Shown: positions 38,273 to 52,236 of the stretch, piece after piece | Position numbering within the stretch: the stretch's first letter is position 1 | Layout: each line of letters opens with the position of its first letter | Source of the DNA: Camelus dromedarius | Lineage: Eukaryota | DNA: 64,000 nt | Assembly: GCF_036321535.1 (NCBI RefSeq) | Contig: NC_087436.1 | Location: forward strand, 49,540,001 to 49,604,000 | Direction: 5' to 3' | Made by a program: the position numbers and the translations under genes | Notes under the pieces: model-generated | Seen by the model: the letters and a program-made list of their open reading frames with translations, nothing else | Told to the model about the DNA's origin: nothing | Database searches by the model: none

Positions 38273-40344
38273 CTTGTTAAAATATGCATGCTTTGAAAGT
38301 ATGTAAGTATATGTTCTAAAAAAAAAACCGCAGTATATTTTTATTTCCTCATTTCACACGTTTGCTTCTTCATATTTAAAATGTAGGCTGAAACACTCCT
38401 TGTATTCTTTGAAGGTGAAAAAAATACGTAACTAAAGGGTGAACTACAGAATTTCGGTGACTGCAGAATTGCTTCAAAACCTAAATTGGGAGCACAGTGG
38501 AAGTAAAGTGGTTTACAAATAATTAGCAGATGAGAATGCTTTTTAGTTAGTGCATTCATTCATAAAACTGAGCAAAATGCGTCTGGAGCAGCTGACACCA
38601 GAGTTCAAGGTTGCCCATCTCCCCTGCGGGAGGGCGTGACAACTAAACATGACCATTTCTTGTTCTCACAGCACGGCTTCAGTAAAGGCTCTGCCCTCGG
38701 AGTCCTGATCTCATGAATTAGGATAAGTGAGAGGAGATGGTTTTGAAATTGCGTTTCAAGACTTGTACAGATTTTAACTCTGTGAAATTTATCCTTAGGC
38801 ACTCAAGCAAGCTTGAAAAAGAATAAATAGGTATCTGTTTCATTTGTTTATTCAAATAGAGCTCTGTGCTCAAAGAATGACCCCCTATATCTAAAGATTA
38901 AAAAATTTTGAAAATTGATCCCCATAATTTGAAGCTATATTATATCTTTGCATCTTTCTAGGATGGTCTATTTTTCAAGTTATCTGGGAAGGAGAGCCTT
39001 GATCACCTGCTCTAGCTTTTCTGTAATGAGCTTGCAGTCTTTTACAGGCTCAAATTGAAGCCTTTACTACCCACTCATCTTGAGAAGAAAACTCTAGGAC
39101 CAAAGATAAGACCTAGCCCCCCCCTCCCCATGGCTTTGGCTCTGATAGCCATCCCTCTTTGCTCCCCCACCCTAGTATGTAACGACCAACGTATTCTTGT
39201 CTCATTTACCTTGGATTAATGAGTAATCATAAACTACGAGCGCTTCCTGTCTTGTGGGCTCCCTGAGTACAAGAGATAGCCCCAAATTTCTAAAAGTAAC
39301 GTTGAAATTGTCTTTTGGAAGATGTCAGAAAATATAAATACTCTCTTGCTCTTGAGAGTTCTGAACTCTTTTAAGAGAAGGGTCCGGCCACTGTTTTCCT
39401 AAAGCAGATTTTGTTTTCAGGCTTACAATTCCTTGTTAGATAATATATACTTCACAATAAATAGGGACCGATAGAGAAAATATTACTGCTTCTCTTGAGT
39501 CCTTCCCTCCCCTCTTCTCCCCCCTCCCTCCCCTCTTCCTCCTTCCGTCCCTCCCTCACTCCACTCTCTTTCCCACACTCTCTCTCTAAGGTTGCCTCAG
39601 TGTTTGGGTATCTGTTATGCATATTTCTCTGTCTCTTACATGACTGTGATTTTCTTGGTTATTGCAAGGGTAGTAAAAGTTATAAACAGATTTTAAAAAT
39701 AAAAACAGTTGAGTATGTTAGAGTCTTTCAAAAACTGCCCAGGCTGATTTTTTTTTCCTCAGGATACCAATATAAATGTTAAAGGAAATAACCATTGCAA
39801 GAAATTATCATGGTAGACAACTTTTAAGATTTTTTTTTGGTTATCAGCTTGGAGCAGATACATTTTTCTCCCTGTGGGAAAACTCACTTTTATCATAGTG
39901 AATTCTTTCCTTTTCTACTTGGTGTGGGATAAAGGTGTTATGTGGAATTTTGGTACCCTATTAAAGTCCACTAACATGAGGGAGTGGGCAGTAACTCAGA
40001 AGCTTAGCTTATATCTTGGAAATTCAGCGTCTACAAGTTCTAACTCCTCTCTTATATTGTGGTATTACTTGATCTTGAATAAAAAAAATGTATCTTGGTT
40101 CTCAATACCAAGTGACTTGTTTCTTTTTTTCCTTAATGTGCTAGGAAACTCAAATATGGGAGCTGCCTATAACAGTTTTACGTATGTTTAGGAATGTGTT
40201 TTGTGTCTTAACTTTAGTAAATCTATATTTCTTTTTAAGCTTTTTTTCTTTCTGACTGTTTTTTTCCTGTTAAATTGTGTGTGTTTGCACAAGCCATCTC
40301 AAATAATTTTGGAAGAGAGTTAGAGCATAAATAACTAGGGATTA

Positions 40345-41112
40345 TAGTTAACATTTATTGATTGCTTACTACGTGATACACTCTGAGATAAGCATTTTGC
40401 ATACAGTATCACAGATGATGCTTAAAACAAACCCGTGAAGTAGTGGTGTGCCATTTAGGAATACATTCATCTGCAAGTAGGCAGATTTCTAATGAATAGT
40501 GACCTAAAAAAAGAGGATAGGATTTATCTTAATATAACAAGAAGTCTGTTGACATTGATTTGAGAGCTCAGTGGTGTCAGGAATAGCATCACTGAGATTT
40601 TTCTCTTGCCTTTCCCTTCATGGATTTAAAATGGCTTCAGTAGCTCTGAATATTATGGTTGTATTTAACACATAAGATGTTAAATATATAAGATGGAAGG
40701 GCTAGATCAGTCATGTTTATTTCTTTCATCAGGAAGCAAAGTTTCTTCTGAAACCCTCCATCAACTTCTGCTTACCTATCCTAGGTATAAGAAATAGATG
40801 CTGGCAAAAGAGGAGGGGTTTGACAGTGAATGTGGAGAGAGTAAATTTTAAAATACTTGACAAGTGTTAGTGCACAGACCCTGATAAATTAGAATGGGAA
40901 CTGGCTGTAAGTAATTGGTAGTGAATAACTACAGGCTATTAGCCATGAGTGTACACATTGGTAGGTAACTTATTATCTTCATGCTATAAATGAAGAAACT
41001 AAGATTTAGAAAAATTTAATAGCCCAAAGTCATAGAATAAATGGTAGGGCCAAGATTTTAATCTAGGTGATTGTCTTGACAGTTTTTATTTTTTGGCTAA
41101 TGTGCTACACTG
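40345..41112 (-). mobile_element. MIR SINE split by an old MaLR (MLT1J/K-like) LTR at ~40448-40957
   Basis: MIR halves taacatttattgattgcttactacgtg... and ...ataaatgaagaaactaagatttag...cccaaagtcatag flank an MLT1-like segment (aatataacaagaagtctg, aaaatggcttcagtagctc). Confidence 0.65.
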
Positions 41113-41294
41113 TGTATCTCAAAATAAATACATTTAAAAATAGTACATATGCATACATTCCAGTATTATTGTAGCACTAATAAAACTGGACTTTCAGGAT
41201 ATTTTCTGGTCTTGCTTGAGTATGTACTTGCTTGAGGATATACTCAGTGCCTACTGAATTGAATGCACACAGTCAGTTTCAGATGTACTGAGGG

Positions 41295-43450
41295 GGTCAG
41301 CTTCTGGTAATACCGGAGAAGCTTTCCTATAGATAACAGTGATAAACTCTGGGATAAATTTACAATAATAACGACAACAACAAATATTTGAAGACCAAAA
41401 CCAGAGGAAAGTCAACTCTTGAAAATAGGGTGCTGCATAGGGTGGTATTTAATTTTGTATGGCTTTTGGTCTGGAGAACTCTCCAGCCTGTGAGCTAGAA
41501 CTTAAGCAATGAGCCTTAATGGCTTGAGCAGTCAGAGAAAGGAATCAGGGATGCCTAGACAGGTAAAGAGTGAGAAAGAAATCCCAGTAAGGAGCCCTAT
41601 AAAGGGAATCCCCCAGATTTGCAAATAACTACACTTAAATTCTTGCCTGACTCTGCACTGTACTTTAGAAAATGGGGTGAGGGGGTTGTAAGGAGTCTGC
41701 AAGAAAGGATAAATTGAAGACTGAAATAATTAAAGCAGAGATTCTAGCTGCTGCCCTCCACGGTGGAAGTATGTTTTGAATTTGGGTCCAACCAAATTAA
41801 CTACTTGCTAGAACCAAAATAAATACTCTTAAGATAAAGATAACAGAATCCAGAGACTACAATGTAATATCCACTATGTCCAGAACACTAAAAAAAATTA
41901 CTAGACACATGAAGAAACAGTGAACTGTAACTCCTAGCAGTGAGATAAAGCAGTTCATATAAATCAACTTCAAGATGAAACAAATGGTAACATTAGCAAA
42001 CAAGGACTTTAATGAAACTATTAAAAGTATGTTTAAAACTTTAAAATAAATTATAATTAATGAACAGGGGGGGTAATCGCAGCCAATAAATGAAAGCTAT
42101 AAACAAGAACCAAGTGGAAATTTTCAAACTGAAAAGTTCACTACCTGAAATAAAAACTTTAATGAAGGGCTTATGAGCACACTGGAAGTAGCAGAAGTGT
42201 TTAGTGAACTTTAAAATACATCTAAAGAAGTTGTTCAATCTGAAGAACTCAGAAAAAAATTGAAAATAATGAGCAGAGCCTCAGTCATGTCCAGGATAGT
42301 AGGAAATATTCTAATATATGTGCAATTGCAAATATTCTAATACATGAGATAGGGAGATAGGGAAATAGCAGAAGGAGGGAAATATGGAAAAAAGAGGAAA
42401 GAGGGAGAGAGAGAAGAGTATGAAATATGAATTTGGGGCAGATATATTTGAAGAAATAAGTGAAAAATTTCTAAATTTGGAGGAAAATATCTTACAGATT
42501 CTTAAGTTCAGCAAATCCTAAATAGAATAAAAAATCAAAATACCATATAATCAAACTGTTAACAACTGAAGATAAAAAGAGAAAATCTTAAAAGCAACCA
42601 GAGAAAAATGACACCTTCTATATAGTGACTGGTGATATGAAGGATGGCTGGCTTTTTATCACTAACAATGAAACTTAAAGATAATGAGAAACATGTTTAA
42701 AATACTAATGGGAAAAGTAAAAAGAAGAATCCATGTAGAATTCTGTATCCAGAGAAATATTTTTAACAGTGAAGGTAAAAGGAAAACATTTTCAGTTAAA
42801 TAAAAACTGAAGGAACTCATCACTGGTAAACCTGTCCTATGATAAATGCTAAAGAAAGTTCTTTTTTGGTGTTCTCTTCAATTTTATTTAAAATAAATGA
42901 AAATGGCATTTTCTGCAACAATTTGCCATATTACCAAAATCAAGGAGAAAAAAATTTTATGATTATTTCTGACTATTTAGATAAAATACCTGTCAAAATT
43001 TAATACACATTTTTGATATTAAAAAAAAACCCTCAGGGAAAAAAACACCTTAGCAAATTAGATGTAAACGGGAATTTCTTCATCTGATATTGAGCACCTA
43101 CATAAACCCTTCAGCCAGCTTACTTAATGGTGAAATATTGAACACTCTGAAGATCAGGAACAGCAGAATATTCCCTCTCATCAGTTCTATACAACAGTGT
43201 ACTGGAATTCCTAGCTAGTGAAAAAACTCAAGAAGAAAAGTTATAAAGATTGGAAATGAAGTGAAGCTTCTATTCATAGGTGGCATTATTGTCTATGTAG
43301 AAAATTCTAAGGAACCTACAAAGCAACTACTCAAAGTCATAAGTGAATAACAATTTTTCAGAGTACAATCTGTACACATTAATCAATTTTCTATATACTT
43401 ATATTAAACAATTGGAAATTGAAATAAAAATACCATTTACAATATCCTCG
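41295..43450 (+). mobile_element. Old L1M 5'UTR and ORF1 relic followed by an ORF2 RT-region fragment
   Basis: A-rich sense strand; ORF1-like aagaaccaagtggaaattttcaaactgaaaag and gagaaaatcttaaaagcaaccagagaaaaa; ORF2-like ttaatggtgaaatattgaac...agatcaggaac, attgtctatgtagaaaattctaagga. Many stops. Confidence 0.8.
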
Positions 43451-43499
43451 CAGTTACGATGTACATAGCTCAACTCTTAGGCAGATTATCATACATCTT

Positions 43500-45130
43500 G
43501 AAGCTCAAGTACTGTCTACCTCAGTTGCTATTGCCCAATATAACATGTCTGAATTTTTTTTAAATTACAAAGCATACCAAAAGGCAAGAAAAAACACTTT
43601 GAAATGAGAAAGCAATCATCAAAATAGGACTCATGTATGACACAGATGTTGGAATTACCAAGCTAGGAATTTAAAATACCTATGATTAATATCTTAAAAG
43701 CTTTAATGGAAAAAGTAGATGTAACAACAAATCAGCAATGTAAGCAGAAGAGTGAAAACTAAGAAGGAATCCAAAGAAAGTGATAGGAATAAAAACACAC
43801 ATTAACACAAGTGAAGAATGCCTTTGATGGACATAGCAGCAGATTTGACGTGGCTGAGGAAAGAAAAATGATCAAGGAGACAGGTCAGTATAAACTTCCA
43901 AAACTGAAGTGAAATGAAAGAAAAGAAAAGAAAAAGAGCCAAAAACTGAGGGACAATATTAAGATGTATAAAGTGTAATTGGAATACAGAAGGAGAGAAG
44001 AAAATGAAGCAGATGTTGAGGTAATAATGGCTGAGAATTAAAAAAAAAAAAAATTGAAACACTGAACTACAGATCCAAGGGCTGAACACTGAAATGATTA
44101 CTAAAACCAAAGCCTCCAAACACTCTTGGGCAGATTGTGTTCAAAGCTAAGAAAACCAAAGACAAAGAGAAAACATTGAAGGAAGCCAGGGGAGAAAAAT
44201 AATCTTGTCTATAGAGAAACAGTAGAAAAGTTACAGTAAGCTTCGTGTCCGAAACCATTCAAGCACAAAGAGAGGGGTGTAAAACATTTAAAGTGTTGAA
44301 AGAAAAAGAAATTCACCAGTCTAGGATATAGCAAAATAACTTTTGAAAGTGAAAATATAGACTTTTTCAGAAGAACAAAAACTGAGATAATTCATCTCAA
44401 GTAGATCTACTCGGAAAGAAATGTTAAAAGACGTTCTTCAGGCAGAAGGATATAAGCAGTAACATGTATCTGAATAGAGAAAGAAGAACATCAAAGGAAG
44501 AATAAATAAAGTTAAAATGAGATCTTCTATTAAAATTTTTTTCTTATACTTAATTGATCTAAAAATAACTTTAAGAATAGTAACAATGTATTGGGTAACA
44601 GTAGCATATGGAAAACTGAAATGAATGACAGGTCTGTCTTAAGGAGCAGAAAGCAGGAATTGGGATACTCTGTTAGAAAGTACCTGTATTACATGTGTAA
44701 GTGCTGCAGCATTATTTGAATGTGGATTTATATTAGTTTAAAATATATTATAAATTCTAGGGTAACTACTAAATTAAAAAAAATGTATACTTGATATATG
44801 TTATATAGGAGAGTGGATAAAACGGAATAATATAAAATATTTACTTACGGCCAGAGAAGGCAGGAATAGAGGGGTGGAGGGAGCAAAGACCAAGTTCAGT
44901 GTATAGAAAACAATCACAAACATGGTCGTTAATCCAACTACATCTATAATCACTTTAAGCATGAATAACTGGTCTAAGTACACTAGTTAACAGATTATCA
45001 GAGTGGCGTAAAAGACTCAACTATATGTTTTCTACAGGAAACTCACTGGAAATTTATTCTAAACATATTTACACATGTTGAAAATCATGTATAAAATAGA
45101 CCATTAATGTAAGTATAGAGACTTGCACTG
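43500..45130 (+). mobile_element. Second old L1M: ORF1 relic, spacer and ORF2 endonuclease start
   Basis: gaagaatgcctttgatggac...gacgtggctgaggaaag (ORF1); ~44920-45047 encodes a decayed NPTxSIITL...ICFLQETH endonuclease N-terminus. Confidence 0.8.
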
Positions 45131-45185
45131 TATTCTTTTACATTTAAAAATTTAATGATATTAAATAATTTAAATCATTTAAAAA

Positions 45186-45241
45186 ATTTTTGGAAGGGGG
45201 AGGTAAGTTAGGTAGGTAGGTTTGTTTGTTTGTTTGTTTGT

Positions 45242-45292
<51 letters not shown>

Positions 45293-45367
45293 TGAAACTA
45301 CAGGGGATTGAACAGGACCTCATGCATGCTTAGCATGTGCTGTACCACTGAGCTATACTCTCCCCCC
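45186..45367 (-). mobile_element. Vic-1-type SINE with expanded compound tetranucleotide repeat
   Basis: ggggattgaac...catgcatgcttagcatg...taccactgagctatactctccccc preceded by (TAGG)n(TTTG)n(TTTA)n. Confidence 0.9.
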
Positions 45368-45429
45368 ATAAACAATTTTAAGTCTCATAAATATGTTATC
45401 TATTTAAAATGTTCTCTACTGAAAACTAA

Positions 45430-46480
45430 ATTGTGATACTGTTTCCTTCTCTATACATGACGTGAAATAGCTCACATATCTTATAACAAATAATGGATAA
45501 GTTGGTGTGATCAAATTTCTCCACTGGAAACTTACTAATTTTTCTTTTCTAGTTAATTAGAGAGATGGTTTGAGATTAGGCAATTCCTTTTCTCAAACTT
45601 TTGCCTACGAATTTTGGCATTCATTGGTGGATTTTATCTGTAATAATTGTTACTGTGGTGTTTGCCTAATGTTGATTCTCTGTTTCTCAGAAATCACTAA
45701 GTGGAACTTTAAGAGCTATTCCTTTCCCCATTTATTTTTTTTACTCAGTTATTGATTTATATCACTATATACTCATGCATATTTAATGTATGCTATAGGT
45801 TAAAATCCAATACCATTGTTTTTGATTTTGTTGCTCATCATTGATCCAGCTTTGGCCATTAGGGCCATTTGGCCATTAGATCATAAGTCCCATCAGATCT
45901 TGTGTCCTTTTAGAAAGCCCCCTCCTTTTAGAACATTTTCTTACCTTCCTACACCATGAGATACTCCAGGTTTACCTTGTATTTTTCCTGTTCCAGTCCT
46001 AGAATCAATTTCCTGATGCATCTGTAGATGCATCATTTTTATGAAATTCATGCAGAGATGCATAACGTCATTCTAATTATGAGAAAATATTAGACAAAGC
46101 CACATTGAGGGAAATTCTACAAAAATAACTGATTATTACTGCTCAAGTGTCAAGGTCATGAAAGACAAGGAAAGACTGAGGAACTCTTACAAACTGGCAG
46201 ACCGAGGAATAATAACAACTAAATATAATGTGGAATCCTGGATAGGATCATTGGAGAAAGAAAGGACCCTAGTGAAACATTTGTTCAAATTAGAATAAGT
46301 TCTCTGGTTTAAGTGATAATATTGTATCAATGTTTATTTCTTGTTTTTGATCATTATACTATAGTTATGTAAGATGTTAACATTTTGGAAAGCATATTGA
46401 GAGAGATAAGGAAACTCATAATATTTTGCAACTGTTCTGAAAGTCTAAAATTAGTTCAAAATAGAAAGTTAAAAATATTA
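45430..46480. mobile_element. L1MC4/5-type 3' region in two opposite-orientation pieces
   Basis: 45480-46010 resembles 24960-25440 in the same orientation; 46055-46480 resembles the reverse complement of 24460-24860. Confidence 0.75.
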
Positions 46481-47634
46481 AATTAAAAAGAGAAAAATAC
46501 ATTGAAATAGTCTGGAAGGCTCTCCAGGATACATTCTTAAATCTGGGAAAGAAAAGTTTACCAATTGTGTATCTGTGTGGAAATACATGTGTTTGTGAAT
46601 ATATATAATATCTTTGGGGGTACTCAAAGAAACTATCAATATTTGTAGAGATTTTGGGAGACATGGAGTGAAGCAATTTTTTATTGAGTATTCTTTTTCT
46701 TTTTTATCATGTACATGCATAACCTACACAAAAAAGCAAAATCAAAAAATTTAAAGGGCATTATATTGCTAAAGTAAGTATAATAATTTACAGAGTTGAT
46801 GTAAAATGTGTAGATTAAATATATAATTACATAAGTATCAGTATTTTTATCTTATTGATGAGAATAATTCATACATATTAATATCAAAAGTTTACTTAAA
46901 TTCATTTATCTCAAGTCCCTTTACTTTTTTACTAGAGAGTGGAAATACTTGTCTTCAGGGGGCTGTAGTTCTTAGATTCTGCCCAAGTGGACTATAATTT
47001 AAAAAATGCTTAATCGGCATTGAGGTAAAGCTATGCTCTCTCTCAATAATTGATTCTTTTCTGTATCTGTTCTCTTGTCTACAATTGCCTTTCTGACTTT
47101 TCCCTTAACTGGCTGTCTTTTCTTCTTTAAAAGGCACCTTAGGTTTTATCTCCTCCAGAAGCTTTTCTTTGTCTGTAATCCCAATTTGGGCTTAATTCCA
47201 ATCCTAATTACACTGCATACTTATTTATATCATAATCTCCATTTTATTATAACAATTTACTTTTTAATCTCCTTCTCAAATTATATGCCATAAGGAAAGA
47301 GACTGACTGTTTTATCATTGTACTATTTATATTTCAGAGAATGGCAAAACTTGGTCTAAAATATATATATATTTTATATATATACATATATGTGTGTGCG
47401 TGTGCATACATATATATATTTAGGATGCAATTAAAATAATTTTAAAATATGAATCTAGAAATCTCATGCTTCCTGCAATGAGCTGATCCATGCAGGATTA
47501 AGTCATCTATGTGAAAACAGTGCAATGACAAGGTCTAAATTCTGAAAAAAATTACACCTAAAAGAAAGAGGGCATAATAGCCCTTGAAGGAATCTTAGAG
47601 ACAAACTACTAAAGACCACATTTTCCCCTTTCCC

Positions 47635-48525
47635 TTTTTTTCAATTGAGATATAGTTGACATATAACATTATATTAGTTTCATTATAGTAGGATATTAGC
47701 TGGGCAACATAATGATTTGATATATGTATATACTGTGAAATGATCACCACAATAAGTCTAGCTAACATCCATCATCATACATAGCTACACATTTTCTTTT
47801 TCTTGTGATGAGAACTTTTAAGATCTATTCTGTTAGAAACTTTCATACATACAGTACGTATTACTAATTATAGTCACTGTGGTGTATGTTACATCCCCAG
47901 GACTTACTTGTAACTGGAAGTTTTTACCTTTTGACTCTCTTCACTCATTTCACCCATCACCGACCCTCCCCCCCCCCACCTCTGACCTAGGGCAACCACC
48001 AATCTGTTCTCTTTATCTAAGAGTTTTGTTTCTTTAAATATTCCACATATAAGGGGGATCATATGGTATTTGTCTTTCTCTATCTGACTTATTTCACTTA
48101 GCAGAAAGCCCTAAAGGTCCATCCATGTTGTTGCAAATTGCAAGTTTTCATTCTTTTATATATATATCACATCTTCTTTATCCATTCATTCATTGATGGA
48201 CACGTAGGTTGTTTCCATGTCTTAGACGTTCTAAATAATGCTTCAGTGAACACAGGTGTACATATATCTTTTTGAATTAGTGTTTTAATTTTCTTCAGAT
48301 AAATACCCAGAAGTGGGATTGCTGGATCATAATGGTAGTTCTATTTTTAACTTTTTCAGGCACCTCCATACGGTTCTCCATTGTGGCTGCACTAATTAAC
48401 ATTCCCATAAACAATGCTAAGGATTCCCTTATCTCCACATCCTCTCCAACACTTGTTATTTCTTGTCTTTTTGATAATATCCATTCTAACTGGTGTGAGG
48501 TAATATCTCATTCTGATTGCCCACT
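47635..48525 (-). mobile_element. L1MA9-like 3' end
   Basis: attgagatatagttgacatataacatt...ggcaaccaccaatctgttctc...aaatacccagaagtgggattgctggatcat...ccattctaactggtgtgaggtaatatctcatt. Confidence 0.9.
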
Positions 48526-50399
48526 TTTTTATATATATGAGGTAAAGATAGAGTAAGGTGCTGTTTAAGTGTTTTTTTTATTTTTTAATTTTTATTTCAA
48601 AAAACAGATTCGATTAGTGAAAGAGGAGTTTATTCTAACATTTCACTTGTGGTGATAAGGGTGGGGCCACTGGACTGGATGTATGAATCCTACAAAATGA
48701 CCCTTTTTTAAAAGCACAACCTTACCAATACTCACTGTGGACCTAGACAGGAGAAACAAAACCTCACAGAAGCCCCAGAACTGGTACACAGGTGGAAGAC
48801 TAGTTCTGAATTCACTGTAGCCCTGAGATCTTAGTGGAGGGAATTCCTGGGTAGCCTTCCTACAGCCTTGCCATTGACATTACTTTGTAGCTGTACTCAT
48901 GTCATCTTGCTCATTGTGTCTGTTTCTACTCCTTATTACCAATAAGCTCCTTCTATTCTGCGTATATTTAAAATAAGAAACAGAACAAAACAGTATACTG
49001 TAGCTTCTTTTAACTAAACTTTATAATTTACCATAACTCTTACTTTTAGGATCCCTTATGGCCTCCACTCAGGGCTTCTCTTTATGCATTTTTTTCAGCT
49101 TTGTTTCTCAGTACTTCATTCTCTTTTTATTTCCAATTTAGTTTCTGGTGGCAGTGTGACTGTCCCTGATCATTTTGTGTGTGTATGTTTGTATGCGTGT
49201 GAGTGACTGGGTCATGGATTCCTGTCTGTCTTATGAATAGCTTCTTTGGGTGGGTTAGGAGTCCATGCTTGATAGACTCAGCTATGACTGAGGGAGAGGG
49301 TTGAAAGGTGGGATGGACCTCCTTTTGTTCTAAATATGATCTCCTAAAAGTGAACATCAGCATTCTGGAAAAAAATCAAAATCAGAAAATATAATGGGCA
49401 AAATTAAGATGGTAGTTCTTCAGACACTGTAGGTCTGTCAAACAAAACCAAGCTATGGGTTGGGATAAGACCAAAATGTAATATTAGATTCAAAAAAGTC
49501 AGTGTGCATAGATTTTGTACTTGTTTATTCATATATATATATAAATGAAAATCCTTGGACTCAAGAGCTACTTTGGATGTGTTAAGTTTAATACCTTATA
49601 TACTACGGGCATTCCATCAATAGCAAGCAAGTGTGATAACAGCTGGACATATTTCACAAGATGCATTTTTTTCTCTTTTCCTATTGGTGTTCTCAAGCTT
49701 TGCTTAGAATAATTGTTTGAATGAATGTTCCACATTGATTTCTAAAAGTCTAAATTTAGTGTCTATGGAAACATCCTGATATTTAAACATCTGAGCCTGT
49801 TCAAATATTTTTGGATAGTTCTTCATTACTTTTTCCTTCACATTGAAGTGACTTATTATTTTAAAATTATTGTTATTTGAAGAATCACATCTGGAAGATT
49901 GAAGAAAACCAAGATACTGGTGTTATTTTTTCTTAATGATCCTAATATCTTTTTGTACAACTATTTAAAGAACTATGCTGAATAATTCCTTTTTCTTCTT
50001 TTTCCAAGATCTGGGACAGAATTCTTTAATAACAGACCTCACTAGTTTTTCAATGATCTCTTTTTTTCTCTCTCCCAGTCTCATTTGTCACAAGAAGCAT
50101 AGATACTGTTTAGAATGGATTCACATTTGTAATACAGTACACCTAAGGTATTACAGAGAAAGTCTCCATGTATTTAGAGTTTATACATGTTTTAAAGGAA
50201 TGTAATTCCCTACCTAAGTGAAAGTGACTAAAAGCCATGGGACCTAGCACAGATGTAGACTGAATGTTGGGGGTGGGGAGGAAATGTTACAGAATATATT
50301 TGAAGGAAATGGTGGTGAAATAATAATGCTGTTTGCTGATCATACACTACCGAGTTCCATCCACTTAATAAAATGGTTATAGCTTCAGGCACCATTTAT

Positions 50400-51348
50400 A
50401 AACCATTGATTCTTACTTTCTATTTCCAATCCAACTCATTTTCCTAAACTCCAGGCCCATATACCCAAGCATTTACTGGACATTTCTATTTGGATATTCT
50501 ACAGAAAGCTGAATCTAAAATGTACCAAAATGTACCTGTCATTTTGGAGTCCCATTTCCAAACCACCCTCACCTGAGTTCTTATTTTATTGAACAACACC
50601 AGCATCTACTTATTCAAGGCAGAATACATTAACCCCCCTCTCTTTTATCATAATATTGGATATCTTCTCAAGATCGCCAAATCTTGGTTATTCTACCTAG
50701 AAAATATATCTGAAGTATATTTATTTCTATCCATTTTTGTCTAGTCCCCTTGTTCAAGCCGCCCATTTTTTTCACCTAAAATACTGCACTTATTTTCACT
50801 AAGTGTCCCTAACTATTTAGCTCTTTCTCCTCTCTAGAGCCAAAGGGATTTTTCTAAAATGTGAACCTGGGTAATTCTCTTTCCTGCTTGCTTTTTTTTT
50901 TTTTTTCCTAAACAAAATCTGTCTCTTCTCATCTTCACACTACATTCTAGCTGCCCTGAATTTCTTTTGGTTTGCTGGCTATCCCACCTTCTCACTCTCT
51001 GCTCTAAGCCTGTGAACTTACTGCCTGTTTGCCTGAGAAACTCTTTATCAATTTCTTTGCCAGGCTAATTCGTACCAATTAGCTTCAAAGTGGAGTCCAT
51101 CAGGTAGAATTCTTCAGCTTCACAAGGTTAAATATCTCATCTATGAGCTTTCAGAGCTCTCTGTACTTCCTCTATTCTAATATCATTCTGACTTAGAACT
51201 GCTTATTCCATTGAGGTCTGCTTTGTAAGTTATAAACCTCATAAGGATGGAAATCAAGTCTACCTTCTTATTCTTCATAACCCCAACATCTACAAGAATG
51301 TCCAGACCAAGTAGGTATCAATGAATGCTTATTAAATGAATGAGTGAT
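50400..51348 (+). mobile_element. L2 LINE 3' portion
   Basis: tcctaaactccaggcccatatacc...tactggacatttctatttggat...agagccaaagggatttttctaaaatg...ends taaatgaatgagtg. Confidence 0.8.
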
Positions 51349-51857
51349 TAGAAGTGCCCTGATTTAGCCTATCTAATTTAATGAGTATATTGACCCTATT
51401 GATTAATTGATCGCCAGAGAACACAAGTCTTCCTATAACTGTCGTGCAGAGAACACTTTTTCACAATCCTGATAATTGTTTTCTTGTGGAGTGTATTATT
51501 CCATTCACATGACAATTGTGGCATCTATCACCACTCTCACATGCTTCTCCAATTTTCTGGAGTTGGGTGGGTTATGTGACTTAAATTTGGAAGAATATAT
51601 TTAGCATTCTAGCTCAGCTATTTCCTTATGTCTTTTTCTCTGGATCCAAACCTGTTCACAGAAAGTGTGCTTCTCTCTGTGTTAGGTTTACAGATGTGAG
51701 TGCCCACATGAGAAGGTCTGTGATGTCCTAACACTGCCTGTGCCTAGGTTGGTATCTGCTAAAATCTGAGTTCACAATTAGGAAACCTGCTTGTTATAGC
51801 CGTATTCTCTCTTACTAGGTTATTCAGTGTTAAAGCAGATGTTTGTATTAAGTCTTC

Positions 51858-52236
51858 CATCTTAGTCTTTCTGGCTGCTGTAAGGTAATATCATAGACTG
51901 GGTAGCTTAAACAATAGACATTAATTTTTTTTTACAATTTTTAAAGCTAGGAAGTCCAAGATCAAGGTACCAGCAAATATGGTGACCAATGAGAGCTCTC
52001 TCTCTGTTTTGCAGATGGCTGCCTTTTTCCTGTATCTTCACATGGTAGAGAGAAAAAGAGAGCTCTGGTCTCTTCTTCTTATTATAAAGACACTAATCCC
52101 ATCATGGGGCCCCACCATCATGACCTCTTCTAAATCTAATGACCTCTCAAAGGCCCTACCTCCAAATACTGTCACACTGGGGATTGGGGCTTGCCCAGAT
52201 GAATATTGCAGAAACACAAACTTCCAGTCCATTGCA
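51858..52236 (-). mobile_element. MaLR solo LTR (MLT1A0-like) with 5-bp TSD
   Basis: tcttagtc...agactgggtagcttaaacaa...gaagtccaagatcaagg...acactaatcccatcatg...cagtccattgca; TSD tcttc at 51853-51857 and 52237-52241. Confidence 0.9.

Noticed and set aside
39490..39590. Polypyrimidine tract giving a Pro/Ser-rich ORF start (similar tract at 2385-2442)
   Set aside because: Low-complexity CT-rich sequence with no coding evidence.
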